A DNA stretch of 64,000 nt from Mayamaea pseudoterrestris (lineage: Eukaryota): NCBI GenBank assembly GCA_027923505.1, contig BROI01000004.1, positions 434,001-498,000 of the forward strand, read 5' to 3'. The position numbers and the translations under genes are program-made. A model generated the notes under the pieces. It was given only the letters and a program-made list of their open reading frames with translations, did no database searches and was not told the DNA's origin. Shown in pieces: positions 34,180-48,124 of the stretch (its first letter is position 1; each line of letters starts with the position of its first letter).

Positions 34180-34601
34180 CTTTGATTGTTGTTACGTAGA
34201 TGGAGAAGAGTCTGTACTGTAGTGAAGAATGTGTGACGGTTGGCTTGTGATCGCTGAAATGTCAATGCTTCCTCCGTATGGTCTGCTCAGTTTCGCAACT
34301 GAAAGTCTCACGAATGCAAGCAGCGAATATAGTGCAGCTGACAAGGCAGTAATGGCTACACCGTGTAGTCTTTGGACTTGATCGATTGCAAGAGGCAGCT
34401 TCAAACGAACGAGACAGCAATGTGATGGAATGCATCGGATGATGGCGAGCGCCTGCGCCGCACGGCAACGGTCTTGCGAATTTGAAAAAGGTATCTTCGC
34501 GATGATGCGTCATGACCGAATGAGTCCCGGACCGACGTGTATGATGGTAAGACATTCGACGATGCATCAAAGGATCCGTCACAAATCAATACTCGATCAC
34601 C

Positions 34602-35172
34602 ATGAACAAGCCTCGACAGAATCTCGATCAGTTGTTTGCCTTTGACGCTATCACATCTTTATTCTTCGGTGGTGTGGCTTTGTTAGCACCACATGGGATT
34701 CTTACGTTTCTTTCGGGTGGTTTCTATAACCACTCCGTGCATGAAACTTTGAAGTTCGTTTTGTACAGAAGGATATTCTTGTTCACTGACTAACAGGTAG
34801 AAAGAAGCAGCGCCATGTCTTATTATGAAAGTCGAATGACTCCATAAACTCACTTTTGGATTGGGTTTGCTTTTCTTTTACAGACTGTATGGATGTTTGC
34901 GACTCGCTAGCGGCTGGATTCTTTGGCACGTTCGAGCCGTCGACGATGGCATGTTCCGTCGCCACGTTTGTGAGGCACTCTTTGTCTGCTACCTTTTACA
35001 AGCGATGGCCGTGTTGCGTGCACAATTCACAGACCGACACACGTTAGTCAACTGGATTGCCATCATTCTGTTGCTGAGCATGTCAGCCGGGTACGGAACC
35101 TTTCGATGCGGCAAGGGTGGACATCTTATACGAGTATATCAGCTGCCTACTTCATCGGGGTGTCTTGACTGA
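34602..35172 (+). CDS. Small 4-TM membrane protein, intron 34754-34883
   Basis: Two hydrophobic ORF halves joined in frame by a GT...TTTACAG intron (HETLK-LYGCLR). Confidence 0.6.
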
Positions 35173-35550
35173 TTCGGAACCGGAAGGCGCGGCAGGTGTA
35201 AGTATGATAAGTGACCTAGCAAACTGAGTGGACGAATAGTACAGTTCAAGGTGAGCCGGCACTAGCGGAATGGAGAAGCGACATCATGATGTCGTTTGCT
35301 CTTATTTGTTCCGCCATTGTCGATTTGTTTCGTCGTGCAAAGTTGAACAAGTAATGGTTTGTTGTGTGGGTTGCTGATGATGCATACAAAACTGTAGAAG
35401 ACGAATACTGTACGGCAAGGAACGGAGCCTTGTGATAGCTTCTTACGTATGCCACTTCTTAAGTCGCTTGCAATCATGTACAATCGCCATACAGTTTTGA
35501 GGTCATAAACAAACGAGATAGCCAACTGAGAAAACAAAATCTATAATGTC

Positions 35551-38108
35551 TTAATCGTCGAGAGTATAAAGTACATCGTTGGAAATCATAATGCGTTCGT
35601 CCGCTTCCAAAGAAGCAATTGCAGCCGTAATTGCGTCGGATGACGTCTCACCAACTTGTTCAGCTGTCAAGTCGGATATACCCAGGTTTCCGCCATTGTC
35701 AAGAATCAGATTCCAGATTTTGGTCTTTAAATCTTGCTCGCGACGCAGAGCAACATTGTCGGTGCGCACCTTCTTGCTCGGTGACTCATCCATTGCATCC
35801 TCGACTTGTCCGTCGGTGGATTCGCTATCCGACTCTTCCTCGTCAGTGACAATGCGTCGTTTCGTCGCCGCTGGCTCGGACATCGAGTTGGAAGTGGTAG
35901 TTGTAGTGTTTTCATGGTACAGAGCAAATCCAAGAATGTCCATGGCAGCCTCGCAGTCAGGTTCGGCTTCGACAAACTCACTGAGACGGGCCTTAGCGTG
36001 GGCGGTAGCCAGACGAATAACGGTCTCCAAGCTACGGGCAGTAATGGGAAGAGTCCTTTCGTCTTGTCTGGCTCGCATTTCAGCGTAGCGGTTAGCAATG
36101 AACTCCCTTGCAGCGTCAGTGAGGACAGGCTGCATACGCATCTTGGCAAAGTGTATGAACTTTCGAAGGAATTCGTGCTGTAGAACGTCGTTAGAGTGTT
36201 GGTCATCGTCCGAGTCGCAAGCTTCTGTTTGATAACGCCCGCGCTGCCAAACGGATTGCACCCGCGAAGTGTCACCTGCAATATCCTCCCGGTCTGAATC
36301 ATCGTCATCGTAGTCACTGTCGTGCCCAGTTTGACCATGGTTGCTGCGATAACGGTGTCCCCGAATCACATGCGTTGCAATTCTACGGTCCGCCTCGGGG
36401 TCCATCTGGTCTAAGACGACAAACAAAAGATCAAAACGACTGAGTAGCGAGTCCGGCAGTCCAATGTTCTCTTGAATACGCCGACGACGATCATATTGCC
36501 CGTAAACAGGGTTGGCTGCAGCAAGAACGGAACATCTAGCGTTTAAACTTGCGTGAATTCCAGCCTTGGCGATTGTAACTGTTTGCTGTTCCATGGCTTC
36601 GTGAATGGCGACGCGATCATTCTCCCCCATTTTGTCGAATTCGTCGACACAAACCAAACCCCTGTCGGCCAAAACCATTGCACCGGCTTCTAGTCGTCGC
36701 TCTCGAGTGTCAGGATCTGAAGTAACTGCAGCAGTCAAACCTACACCGGACGATCCCTTTCCGGTTGTAGAGACGGCCAGTGGAGCAATCGTCATGGCAG
36801 CACGTAGTAGCTGACTCTTGGCTGTAGAGGGATCTCCGACCATGAGAATATTTATGTCTCCACGAAGATGCGTGCCGTTATCAAGATTCTTTTCGACTCC
36901 AGATAGCAACTGAAGCGCCAATGCCTTTTTGATAATGTTATGGCCGTGAATAGAAGGCGAAATGCTCCGACCAAGGATCGACAAGATGTCCTTGCGACTT
37001 GCAAGTGAACGAATCATTCGAATATCAGACGGCTCAAAGTTTAAATGGCTAACGTCTCGACCAACGACTTGTACATTGTTGACAAGAACAACAGTCCGAA
37101 AGACTCCCGACGACGTTTGCTGCCCATTCGACGTTCGAGCAAGCGCCCTGTATACTCCAACGACCATGACTCTATCGCCAGGCTTGATGCGATCCACCAA
37201 GTCGTGATCCAAAATGAGTTCGACCGATCGAGGCAACTGTCCCATTGGAGCCTTCTCCGGCATTTCCTGCAATGTAATTGTTTGATGGTCCTTGTATGAG
37301 CTCAAACCAAACTCTGTCTCAAGATCATGTCCTTCGCTATCCTTGGTCGGGTACACGGCAGACGTAATGTTGATGATTCGATCCTTCAATTCACGCCCTT
37401 GCGCGTCAATAGCATTCAATCCAAGGTTCGGGTCCGTCGCATCCACGTAGTCGCGAACTTGATGTTGCTTCGTATCGGGGCAGTAGTGCACTGATCGGAC
37501 AACCTTTGGTTTGATGGTGGAAACTTGCGTCGCGACGCCTTCCACGCACACGAGTTGACGAAGAGACGCCGAAGTCAATTGACGAGGACTGGATGGTGAT
37601 GCACCGACAGGTCCAGCGAGCGCGACCTTTATTTTGACTCCTAATTGAACGGATTAAATGCGATGAATGCCGAGTCAGTCTTAGCATTGCTCGGCCTCGT
37701 CAACGGCCATCAACCGCAATCAATATATAAACTCACCTTCCTTGTCATATCCAGGACGCTGCTCCGTCGCTACATTGTGACAAGCTGCTTCCAGCGCTCT
37801 CATATGACGAAGAGGATCAAGGCGCATGAGCCTCGACATTTGTCCATCGCCTCGACTCCGCAGCTCGGCCAAGCTGATGGAGACGCGAGGACTTCCAGCC
37901 GCTGAATCCTTAATCGCATGAAAGTCATCGATAGTAGTAGCAATACGATCGGCTAGCTGCAGGCGCTGTTAATGAAAAGCAAGGAAGTAATGAGTTGATG
38001 GTATATTAGTTAATGCTGCCGCAGGGAGGTGCGTGTTGCGGCGAAACTTACATCGTCGTTTAGAAACGACTCGTACTGCTCGAGTAAATCATCATATGAC
38101 TCCGCCAT
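35551..38108 (-). CDS. MCM3: DNA replication licensing factor MCM3; introns ~37966-38051 and ~37641-37736
   Basis: GDPSTAKSQLLR, GKGSSGVGLTAAV, VDEFDKM, LLSRFD; EKNLDNGTHLRGDIN and PEKAPMGQLPRS are MCM3-type. Confidence 0.93.
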
Positions 38109-38421
38109 TGATGAATCGCCTATATGCGTCTATAAACAATGAATGATATGAAATACAAGCCCCTTTTGATTGTTGGCGCTTCCCTGCAACCTCTTGCTGA
38201 TCGGAGAAGTGCATGCCGTCTCGACGATCCGAGATGGACCGCCATCGAACGCCAGCCGTGCCGCGTCCACAACAATCGGCTAATTTTCTCGCATGTGGTA
38301 TCCATCTCGATCAGCTATGCAATAACTCCTATGGCAAACAAAGCTACGAATATACCATATATAGGAGTACTTATAGTCGTAGTGAAATTAGTAAATGCGA
38401 GGAACCTTAAAATATCTAGCT

Positions 38422-39621
38422 TTATTCCTTGCTAGAGTCATCCTTCTTCTCGGCATCCTTCTTGGCCAATGCTTTGCGCAATGCTTCCTGAATCGCAGGA
38501 TCATTAGGATCGACACCGCTCGTACCCAAGAGCTCGTTGACAAAAGCAGGGTCCTGGAACTGTCCTCCGCTTCCTTCGCTAGTGTCAGCAGCGTCGGCGT
38601 GCATGGACATTTGAAGCGCCATTTGCATGGCAGCGTCTTCGTCGTCATCTTCATCCTCACCCATGTTGACATCCATTGCCGCAGGCTTGGAATCTTCCTC
38701 CTCGTCCGCATTTGGCTCGTTTTCGTTCATGGACATGGCCAACGCCTGCTGCAACAACGCATCCTCCTCCGAAAGACCCATGGCAGCCGCTGCGTCCTGC
38801 ACCGTCGCATCCGTCATTTCGGCATCGCCCGATGGAGCACCATCCTGCGCGGCGGCAGCCGCCACCGATTCTTGTCGAGCTCGCTCCTCCTCCATACTAA
38901 TGCGAAGCGCCATGGCAAGCTCGGGATCCATGTTTGGATCAATGCCGCCGTAGTCAGCAAAATTGTCGCCTCCTCCACCTCCTCCTCCGCCGCCGCCAAA
39001 TCCTCCAGCAGCTGCACTCGCCGCAAACGCTCCACCAGACCCCGCCAGAATCGGACTACTCACCAATACATCGCTCAGCAAGACCCCCGGCGGAACCGTC
39101 ACCAAGTGACAAGTCCGCTCCTCATGCTCATTGCGTCCATTCGCCGCATCCACCAACTCGCGCAGCTTTTCCTCATTCTCCTCCAACTCACCCATGGCAA
39201 CAACGTCAATCGAAACATTATTCTTCTTGAGCTGCCGTCCAACCTTTTGCATCGCACGATTATCCACATTCGTCAATGGCGATCCCACAAAGAGAACAAT
39301 CTTTTGCGATCCATTCTTGTTGCGACGATGCTTGAGCGCCAGCGACGCCACTTGCACGGCCGACGTTAAATCGTCACTCGCTTGCGATTGCAGCGGCAGT
39401 TTGTGCAAGGCGCTCAGTATTTTTCCGACATCTTCGGTCGGACTCACCAGCAAATCCGTGCCGGCCGAAACACCCACGGTGCTTTCCGGATGCGACTGCG
39501 TCTTACAGCCCACGAGTAAGTTGGCAGCGTCCGTCTGGGCCTCCAGGCGGGTCGGAATGTAGTCGCCGTTGCGCATGTACTGCGAGCGATCCAAGAGAAT
39601 CATGCAGGATTCAAGTGGCAT
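38422..39621 (-). CDS. RPN10: 26S proteasome ubiquitin receptor RPN10/PSMD4
   Basis: MPLESCMILLD.SQYMRNGDYIPTRLEAQ vWA domain, DPELAMALRISMEEE and further UIMs. Confidence 0.95.
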   Translation of the reverse strand: MPLESCMILLDRSQYMRNGDYIPTRLEAQTDAANLLVGCKTQSHPESTVGVSAGTDLLVSPTEDVGKILSALHKLPLQSQASDDLTSAVQVASLALKHRRNKNGSQKIVLFVGSPLTNVDNRAMQKVGRQLKKNNVSIDVVAMGELEENEEKLRELVDAANGRNEHEERTCHLVTVPPGVLLSDVLVSSPILAGSGGAFAASAAAGGFGGGGGGGGGGDNFADYGGIDPNMDPELAMALRISMEEERARQESVAAAAAQDGAPSGDAEMTDATVQDAAAAMGLSEEDALLQQALAMSMNENEPNADEEEDSKPAAMDVNMGEDEDDDEDAAMQMALQMSMHADAADTSEGSGGQFQDPAFVNELLGTSGVDPNDPAIQEALRKALAKKDAEKKDDSSKE

Positions 39622-39899
39622 TGTTATTGTAGTAGTAGTTGATGATTGTAAACGAGAAAGGGTGGCGTTGAAAGAGCAAGAGCAGCGGCAAAAATCCCTT
39701 GTGACGCCGCAGGATCCGCAGCGAAGCGCGTCGATGCGGCGGCAGGGAATGTCGCAGCGAGATCCACGACGGAACATGAACATTCGTCGTCGCGCCCAAT
39801 ATGGCGATTGCTTTGATCAAACAGCTAAAATAGCTTCGTTTCTCTGCCTTTTCTACGATTATCAAAAATTATTGAAAGTATAGAAGCTTTTTTAACACC

Positions 39900-40232
39900 A
39901 TGATACATTTGCATGGTGAAGCGCTTGTCGTTGTGCTAGTCATCGTTGGCGTCTTTGTCACATGTCTTTTACTTCTAGCAGCCTGCCTTGGCTGCGGAAC
40001 GTGTCAATCGACGCGACGGATTCGTCGCAGTCAACCTCGAAGCTTTGAAACACTCAATGAACTATTGTTCGAGTTGGACAATGACGAAACTGGAGTGCTT
40101 ATGGAGCAAGGACGAGGACGCGAACAAGTCAGTATTGATTCGTTCTTCGTTGACATTTTGAAGGAGACAAAGCGAGCAACGAGATCACGAGACGACGATG
40201 ATGCAGGCGGCTTGGATGAACCTTTAATTTAG
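39900..40232 (+). CDS. Small single-pass membrane protein, hypothetical
   Basis: ATG-started 110-aa ORF with N-terminal TM segment, basic patch and acidic tail. Confidence 0.45.
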   Translation: MIHLHGEALVVVLVIVGVFVTCLLLLAACLGCGTCQSTRRIRRSQPRSFETLNELLFELDNDETGVLMEQGRGREQVSIDSFFVDILKETKRATRSRDDDDAGGLDEPLI

Positions 40233-40376
40233 TGAAATATATATAGATGCGTAATTTATATATAAAAGAACAATGAATGCATACTCGACAAAATCTGTAT
40301 GTGAAACTCTGGGCAGGCGACGTTGGTGCAGCATGTTTGCATGGTTGGCACGCATCATGTAGGATTTTACTTTTTC

Positions 40377-41093
40377 TCACTTGCTCGGTGACCGCAACGA
40401 GCCACTGCGCCACGCCGTGCGTGGACGCTGCTCCATGGGTAATGCCTCGAGTATCCGCAGAATCGTTTCATGGTCCTGCGTTGCCATCTGCCGCATGCTG
40501 GTGTTTTGACGCATGCAAACGTCCATCGGTGTTTCCCGGACGGCATCCTCCAAGCCAACTGCAGCTGGACATGCATGGACCATGTTCTGCACCAACTCTG
40601 GACTCGCTTGGCCACGCATGAGCAACAAATGCAGCGGCGTTCGTCCCTCCACATCCTGCGTTGCCACAACAGACGCATTCGACGCGAGCAGCAAGCTTAT
40701 GGTCGCGTCGTCGTCAGCTCCATCATGATACAAGCAGGCCAAATGCAGCGGCGTGCGACCAAACGAGTCGCAAATGCTAGTCACCTTGCCGTGCGTTTCC
40801 ACCAAGGCCGCCACGGCCTGAAACTTGAGCTTGACCAGTTTCCTTCGTGCACTCTCGTCCAAACAACTCATTTCGCGTAGCTCCGTGCGCAGAATGCGAT
40901 GTAGCGCCGTGTCGTTGGGAGCATACTTGTGCACAAACGAAGCCTCCTTGGGGTGTGAATGGCATCGACTTGGAATCTTTTCCCAGTCGCCCAACAGCGC
41001 CATGCGATAGAGGGCGGGCTCGCGAAAGGTGGAGTATAGCTTGTACGCCATTTGCTCGCGGTAGCAGCACTGGAGGGGATCGATGGGTGACAT
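40377..41093 (-). CDS. Ankyrin-repeat protein
   Basis: DTALH, GRTPLHLAC, GRTPLHLLL, ETPMD. Confidence 0.8.
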   Translation of the reverse strand: MSPIDPLQCCYREQMAYKLYSTFREPALYRMALLGDWEKIPSRCHSHPKEASFVHKYAPNDTALHRILRTELREMSCLDESARRKLVKLKFQAVAALVETHGKVTSICDSFGRTPLHLACLYHDGADDDATISLLLASNASVVATQDVEGRTPLHLLLMRGQASPELVQNMVHACPAAVGLEDAVRETPMDVCMRQNTSMRQMATQDHETILRILEALPMEQRPRTAWRSGSLRSPSK

Positions 41094-41604
41094 TCTGTAC
41101 TGTAATGTAATTTGTAGAGTAGTGCAGAATGTGTTGAAAGAGGAATCGACAATGATGCCGCTTGTTGCGAAGGGGAAGTGGGATGGGAAGGCGTTGGAAT
41201 AGTTTTAAGTTGAGGTGGATTGTTGCTTTTGTTGTGGATTTTCCGCAGCAATTTTCGTTACTTGTGAGATGAGGCACACCACCACTTGCTTGACCTTGCG
41301 AAACGTATCATGGTGGATGATCGTGGAACGCGAATGGAACGAATGCGTGTCCACGTCGGGCGACGTCATCATTGCTCGCATCGCACCGGTTCACGATTGC
41401 CGCGGGGATCCTTTCGTTGGAGCACAACCTGCGGGCGTTGCGGTTGCATGTCCCGTGGGAACAATCACGCATCACGATGAGAGTCTTTCACATTCAATGA
41501 ATGCAACTCAAGAACACTCCAAGATGTTGTTTCTTCCACCTCGCGCACACAAGTTGCAACAACGGACGAGAAGGAAACTGTAACGCGGCGCATATCGCGT
41601 GACC

Positions 41605-42432
41605 ATGTCGACCACTCTCCAGACTGAGCATCCGATGGTGCAGCAAGCTGCCTCGGTGGCGTCGATTGTACAAGTATCCGAGTATGACGTGGTACTTGGT
41701 AGAGGTAGGTGATGTAAGAAGATAAGTGACGACGAACAGTGTGACACTCTACTCAATAACTAAGTCGTCTCAACAGCTTCTGGTACGCAAGGTCACCAAG
41801 GAAACTTTCGTTACCGCGCCATTTGCCACACAGCTGCGACATGGTACCATGCCGCTCGTGGAAATCCAGCCCTGAAGCGAGCCATTGTCGTCAAGGTGAT
41901 CAAGGATGTTGAGCCTGGACGATTTTTAAAGCGCTTGAACAATGGACTTTTTGTACAAGTGGAAGGAAAGGAGAGGTACACCAAGGTTCAGACGGATCTG
42001 CGGACTGGTCGGATTGGTCGCATGATGAACAAGACTTTGGAGATTCCAAAAGCGCAGATTGATGCCGCTGTTGCTGCTCTGTCCGTCCCGGAGGCAACTT
42101 GCGAGCATTTGCAGTCGGTTGCTCGTCCGATGTATTCACCACGTCCAAGCAACGCCAGTGGCGTCATGCGCACCGTCTCTACGGGAGATGATTATCCCGC
42201 AACAAGCATTGCCGACAACCACCACTCTACCGTCTTGGCAAAGATGAAATTGGAGGCGGAATACTTGGAGCTGACAAAGGAGAAGGAGGTACTCGTTATG
42301 CAGAACAAGATTCTGGAGCTCAAGAAGGATCTGCAGGGACTCCGTGATTACAATCGAAAGTTAGAGTCTGGTGGTTCCGACCAAGATGAAAAAGGCGAAG
42401 GTGACTTGAAAGATACTGCGATTGAGCCGTAG
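41605..42432 (+). CDS. DUF6824-like domain protein with C-terminal coiled coil, intron 41705-41776
   Basis: Spliced product reads YDVVLGR-ASGTQGHQGNFRYRAI...KRAIVVKVI...GRFLK, the DVL.GRG..H.GN..R pattern common in diatoms. Confidence 0.7.
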
Positions 42433-42493
42433 CAAAGGTTGCTTATAACTTTAAAATTAACGATTCGTATTTATTCATGCATTTATCCATCTT

Positions 42494-43701
42494 TTAAGTT
42501 GCCGAAAGTGTTTCGCGATCATTAGGCTCCTGCAACAACTTTTCAAAATCAGTGCCACGCGGAATGATCGAGTAGTAGTTAAGTTTCGGATGCGACGTGT
42601 AATAGTGCGCCTTGATCTGTTCCATGCTGACCGTCTCCTTGACTCCAGGCATTTGGTAAATGTCACGACAGTAGTTTAGTATCGATGGCGTGCGACTCAC
42701 GAATCGAGTGTTCGTCTTGAAGTACACCGAGTATACTTCCTCCATTCGAAGCAATGTCACAAACAGACGAATGTCTGCTTCGGTGAAGCAATCGCCGGCA
42801 ATAAATCTTGACTTTTGCAAAATTTCATCAATGCGGTCAAACGACTCGGTCAACTCGGTAATGGCAACATCATAAGCTCCCTGCGTCTGCGCAAAGCCAC
42901 AGCGATAGACACCATTGTTAATCGTCGGATAAACCCAGCTGTTGATCTCGTCAATGGCGCTTCGAAGCTGCTCCGGATACAAATCCAACTCCTTGTACTT
43001 TGCGTAGTCGTTGAATTCAGAATTGAGCATGCGAATAATTTCCGACGACTCGTTGCTCACAATGGTCTTTTTCTGCTTGTCCCACAGCACCGGCACCGAA
43101 TACTTGCCGTCCTTGTCATCGGCAGCCTCGTAAATGTCGCGAATCGACTTCGCGCCGCCGAATGGATCCGGCTCATTGTCCGGAAACCAGGCCGGAATGG
43201 GACCGCCGTTGCCGGCGCTGTTTTTGAAAGGTTCCGCATCCTTTTGACCAAAGACCCATCCGGTATGCTCGTCTTGACCGGGACGAGTCTTTTGCCAGGT
43301 TGGATGAACGACCGTGACGCTAATGACATCCCCCAAACCCTTGACGGCGCGGGTGATCAAGGTGCGGTGCGCCCATGGGCAAGCGTACGCAACGTACAAG
43401 TGGTAGCGGTCCTTTTCAGCGGGGAATTCAGCGTCCTTGTCTGAAGTGATGAATAGAAAGAGCAAATATCGATGAGCATACAACGAAGACAAGATAAATG
43501 AGGAAAGCCGATCCAGCAAAGAAAAAAGTCATGCCAACTCTCAACCGACGAAATTTGTTGCACTCAAGCACACACAGAAACAGTTCAAAACGCACCATTT
43601 TTGACCCAATTTCTCCAGGAAGCATCGACGCGCTTGAAAGCTCCATCGGGAGCGCTTTCGTCGAGGGCAGTGCGGGCAGTCGATGTTTTGGCGGCAGTCA
43701 T
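42494..43701 (-). CDS. Glutathionyl-hydroquinone reductase (Xi-class GST, ECM4/YqjG family), intron 43441-43595
   Basis: RYHLYVAYACPWAHR, SVPVLWD, VSNESSEIIRM, INNGVYRCGFA. Confidence 0.92.
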
Positions 43702-44190
43702 GGCAATGGAGGTTGTTGAAAATGAAGATGCGGTTGATGATGTTGGACGAAGGATCAAGGTACGTACAAGTGAGCTCACTCTCATTTGTAGCGAGTGAAA
43801 CGAGTTGATTTGGATTCTCAGGATTATGAGAAGGGTGCCTGGCTTGGATTAGCTCGTCGTCTCGAAGGATGATGGTGGTTTCACATCCTCGTTTCGAAGG
43901 TTCCAAGTTCGAACGGTTTCGAAAATGGCGCGCCAAGACTACCGAGTACCGCTCCGAGTGAGATGACGTGGACAAGCGTATCGGTTTCGCCTCACTTGCT
44001 CGCCCGTCCCATCGGTGCATCTTCGAGCAGTTGTGTTGGTAACGTTCCATGCTGTACTCGCACCAACTGCATTGCACTCGAATCTAGAACTGAGACACGT
44101 TCACCTAGAGTAACCGACTAGCTGAGCAAGGGGCAGTCAGCCGTCTTGAGATTGTCCAGACTACATTGTAGCTGGAGTCATTTTCTAAAC

Positions 44191-47100
44191 ATGGCCGAGT
44201 CGATCCACGAGACACAAGTCCCTTCTGCTGATACAGTCTTGGAAGGTACGCGCTATCGATTTTCAGTGCATTTTGGTGTCGCGTGGTTGTTTAGTTTCGT
44301 CTCTTTCAAATTGACAACTGAAGGCGACAATGTACGATGCTTGCATCGTTGTGCGACTTTTGAGTATCGCTCCTTCATTGTTCCTTTTGACTGTCTGATT
44401 GTCAGATTCACTTACATAACGCTTTGAATCTCCAATTTAGGTTACCTCTTCAAGCAAGGCTCTCGTTCTAGACAGTTCTGGCATGAGCGATACTTTACCT
44501 TTTCCGCGGATGGAACATTGAGGTACTACACGCACAATCCCAAGCAAGACTTTTACTCCATTTCAAATAGAACCAACTCTTCCAGTGAAAGAACACTGGA
44601 GCCAAAGGGTGTCATTGATATTCCGCAATTACCAGACTGCAATGTTTCGGATCTCTATGTTGCCAAGCATCAAAAGCAGCTCATGTATTGCATCAAACTC
44701 ACTTGGTCGGCAGACACGCAGACGGAATCGTCGGTTGGCTCCTATCTACACGACGACAACTTTTCGCAAGCATCCGACGTGAACCACGGTTCCGCACCTA
44801 ATTCACCAATGCAACGTAGTCTTTCAGATCGCAAAGTGGCTAGTCCGGAAGAGTTGAGGGCGCAGTTGCAAAAGCAATCATCATCGAGTTCGTTGACGCC
44901 AAAGGTTCTTCGCAAAAAGTTAAAGACACCATTTCAGCGACTCAAACATCGGTCAACGACATCAACAAAACACGTAGCCAATGGTAACATGAATCAAACA
45001 AACGGAGCAGTCGATCGCAACGATGGACGAGCTACGCCTAGTTACGGAATGCACCATCGGTGGACCAAGAGCGATGCCCAGCTCATGCGAAGAATTATGC
45101 TTAGTCCACTGGAGGAGGAGGATGAAACGCTCCACTCGGCGGCACGATCGGAAATTCCAGCAACGGTCGAGTGGCTAGAGGGAGGAGATGCTGAACACGA
45201 TGAAAATGACACGAATACAATCCTTTTGAAAGCCATGCATCCACCGCCAGAACACACGTTAAATACGAGTCCTCCATCCAGTCCCACACTTTCGCGCTTG
45301 CAGTTGCAGCGAAACGCCAGTGCTGCGTCCGCGGCAAAGGAGGAGCAAGAATATCTGCAACATCAGTATGAAACGAATCGAAAGGCAGCCCGACGCAGGA
45401 ACCGCAAGTTAATGGTGCAGAGTGGACAGTACGCGGCCGCCGCTGGTGCAGCCATCAGCTTGACCATTCTCACGGCTGGTGCTGGACTGATTGTTGGACT
45501 GGCATTGCTTGGAGCAACTGCCGTGGCGGGTGGAGGAGCGGCTGGGGTTGGAACGGCTTGGAAGAAGAAGGTGACTGGTGAAATTGTTGTGGCCGGTCCT
45601 GACTATGATATTATGTGCAGATGGAAGGCGTACTTGGATGCATCGCGAGAGTCGGCGGAAATTAAGCAGAGTCGATGGGGACAGCTCTTTGTGTCTGACG
45701 GACGCACGCCGGCGTTGTTGCCGCAAGTTTTAGAGGTGCCGTACTTTGGCAAGGTAAACAGCATGGAGGAACGTGTCGCTCGATTTGAGCAAGGCTCCTG
45801 CTGGCGGCCTGTTGAAGGAGGATGGTCTTCGCTTCTTGGTACCGGTGCAGGTCTGCGCATGTTTCGCGAGGAATGTGGAGCGCGATTTAATCCTGACAGT
45901 GCGTGGCAGTTGTCTAGCTTGTTTGCAACGAATGATCATCCAGCGTGTCCGCCATTAAAGGCTCATTTGGTGTTACATACTTCGCCGTTGGATGCTTTTC
46001 TCTGTCTCATGTCGTATAACCGGATGACGGAGGAGTCTTCGAGAAAATTAATGCCCAACTCGGAGCAAGTGTCGTCCTTTCAACTTGTCCACAGCATTGA
46101 TGAGCACAGTGACATTATACACGTGGTGTTTCGCCCAATGTATCTCTTTCCGTCGTGGACAATGCCGCGCGACTACTGCATGTTTCGATACTGGCGACTA
46201 GAGCAAGATGGAAGCTACATTATTTGCTATGAGTCCATGCAGCATCCTTCTTGTCCGCCAAGCCCTGGCTACGTTCGAGGCGAGATGCACAAAGTGGTGA
46301 CGATTGCACCGCAGAAGAAATCCTATCGCCGCAAGTTGGGCAACAATGCTCCAACAGAATGTTTTATGACCACGGTAGCGCAAGTTGACCCCAGGGGTTG
46401 GATTCCTTCGACTCCAATTCCATGTTTCTCGCATCAGACGTACGCTGAAGCATTTGGTGTTGCTACACTGTCTCAAATGGTGGACATTCGAGATGCGATC
46501 GATCAAGATCGTTTCTTGCCCATCAATGTTGACGATGCGGATCGTGCAACCCATGCCCAGTCCTATAAAGACCATGATATGCCACCAGCCATTATGCGAA
46601 ATCGTTCTTTGGATTCTAACAATGCGGATGAAACGATCATTGAAGAATGTGATTACGACTTTTCCTTTTGTCAGCATGAATCACTCGCTGGATGCATGGG
46701 CAGTCGAGGCGATTCATTCTTTATGAATCATCCGCCCTGCACTCCGATTGAAAAGTGGGCGGAACCTGATCCAAATTCGTTTCGTGTCCGCGGGCCCAAT
46801 TACTTGAAGGACCGCAACAAGATTAATGCAGGTCCCAGCATTGGTCGACTGATTTGCGCCGACGTTGTTACGGTTGACGAACCCATTTACACTGGAATGA
46901 GTGTTCATCCGACGGAACGCATTCAACTTGCCCTGCAGGAAGAGCGAAAGCTATCGCATTTGAACATACCAAACAGCAACAGCCCTATGCCACCCTTTGT
47001 CTTTGTCGTGAACATTGTTCTGCCTGGTCCACCGTTTTACCATGGCGTCTTTTACTACGCCATTGACGACATGAGTCAAATCGATGGCACCAACCGCACA

Positions 47101-47535
47101 CCATCGTCCAAGCTTTGCAATGAATTCTTCTTTGGCGAGAGTGACGACTTTCGCGATCAAACGTTCAAAATGATTCCGCAAATTGTAAACGGCAGCTTTT
47201 TAGTCAAGAAAGCCGTTGGAAGCACTCCAGCAATCATGGGCAAAAAGCTTCGCCAGCTCTACGTTCGTGACAAAAATCGTCGCTTCATGGAAGTCATTTT
47301 GGATTGTGGCAGCTCGCAAGTGGCAACCGGCGTCATTCGCCTGAGCTTGGGCTACGCTGCTTCGCTCGTGGTGGACATGGGCTTTTTGTTTGAAGCCAAC
47401 GACACGAGTACGCTGCCGGAGCGTTTGTTTGGCGCCGTTCGCATGAAGCACCCCGAGTTTAGTCCCAATCTGCGCCGAGTGGAACCCATCGTTAAAGGAG
47501 GTGCAACGTTGGCGAACGAAATTATATGTGATTAA
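44191..47535 (+). CDS. EDR2-like PH-START-DUF1336 protein, intron 44246-44440
   Basis: Spliced LEGYLFKQG (PH); PRDYCMFRYWR, QVDPRGW (START); FRVRGPNYLKD, FKMIPQIV.GSFLVKKAVG, LPERLFGAVR (EDR2 C-terminus). Confidence 0.85.
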
Positions 47536-47695
47536 TGTTTTGAATGTTGTTGTGACGAGTCCGCCTGCTGCGGATTGCATCTTGTTAGTTTGTTCCAGGG
47601 ATGTTAGGTATTGAAACATAGTTTGCTTACTTTTAAATTAAGCGAGCCGTACATATGAGCAACGATCGTCCAGCCACTCTCCTCCTAACTCAAAT

Positions 47696-48124
47696 TTAAT
47701 ATCGATACTTGGTCGAGTAATCCTTGGGCGCCACCACCAAACCACGTCCCTTCCTCGCTCCTCGATATACCGTCTCAATAATATCAATCAGCTCCTGCTT
47801 CTCCGCCAGCGCCCAGTTAATCTTGTTGTTATCGCCCGTGCCCAAATCCACCATAATATGCTTGTTTCGATAGAAGAACATTGTCGTACAATCATCATAT
47901 AATTCATACATGTTGATAAAGTCTGGAACTTCATCCAAATCTACCAAGTAGACGACGCAAAAGTTTTTCACCTTTTCCGCAATGTTGGCCAAGACTTCAT
48001 CCTGGATCATGCAGGTTGGATCATGGTCACGCCCAAAGCGAATGACAACGACGCGGTCCTCCTCGAGGACAATGGCCTGATCGACTTCCCAGCCGGAATG
48101 TAAATGCGGCAGCAAGTAGGCCAT
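47696..48124 (-). CDS. DIM1: U5 snRNP 15 kDa thioredoxin-like protein Dim1/TXNL4A
   Basis: MAYLLPHLHSGWEVDQAI...KDYSTKYRY, 142 aa. Confidence 0.97.
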   Translation of the reverse strand: MAYLLPHLHSGWEVDQAIVLEEDRVVVIRFGRDHDPTCMIQDEVLANIAEKVKNFCVVYLVDLDEVPDFINMYELYDDCTTMFFYRNKHIMVDLGTGDNNKINWALAEKQELIDIIETVYRGARKGRGLVVAPKDYSTKYRY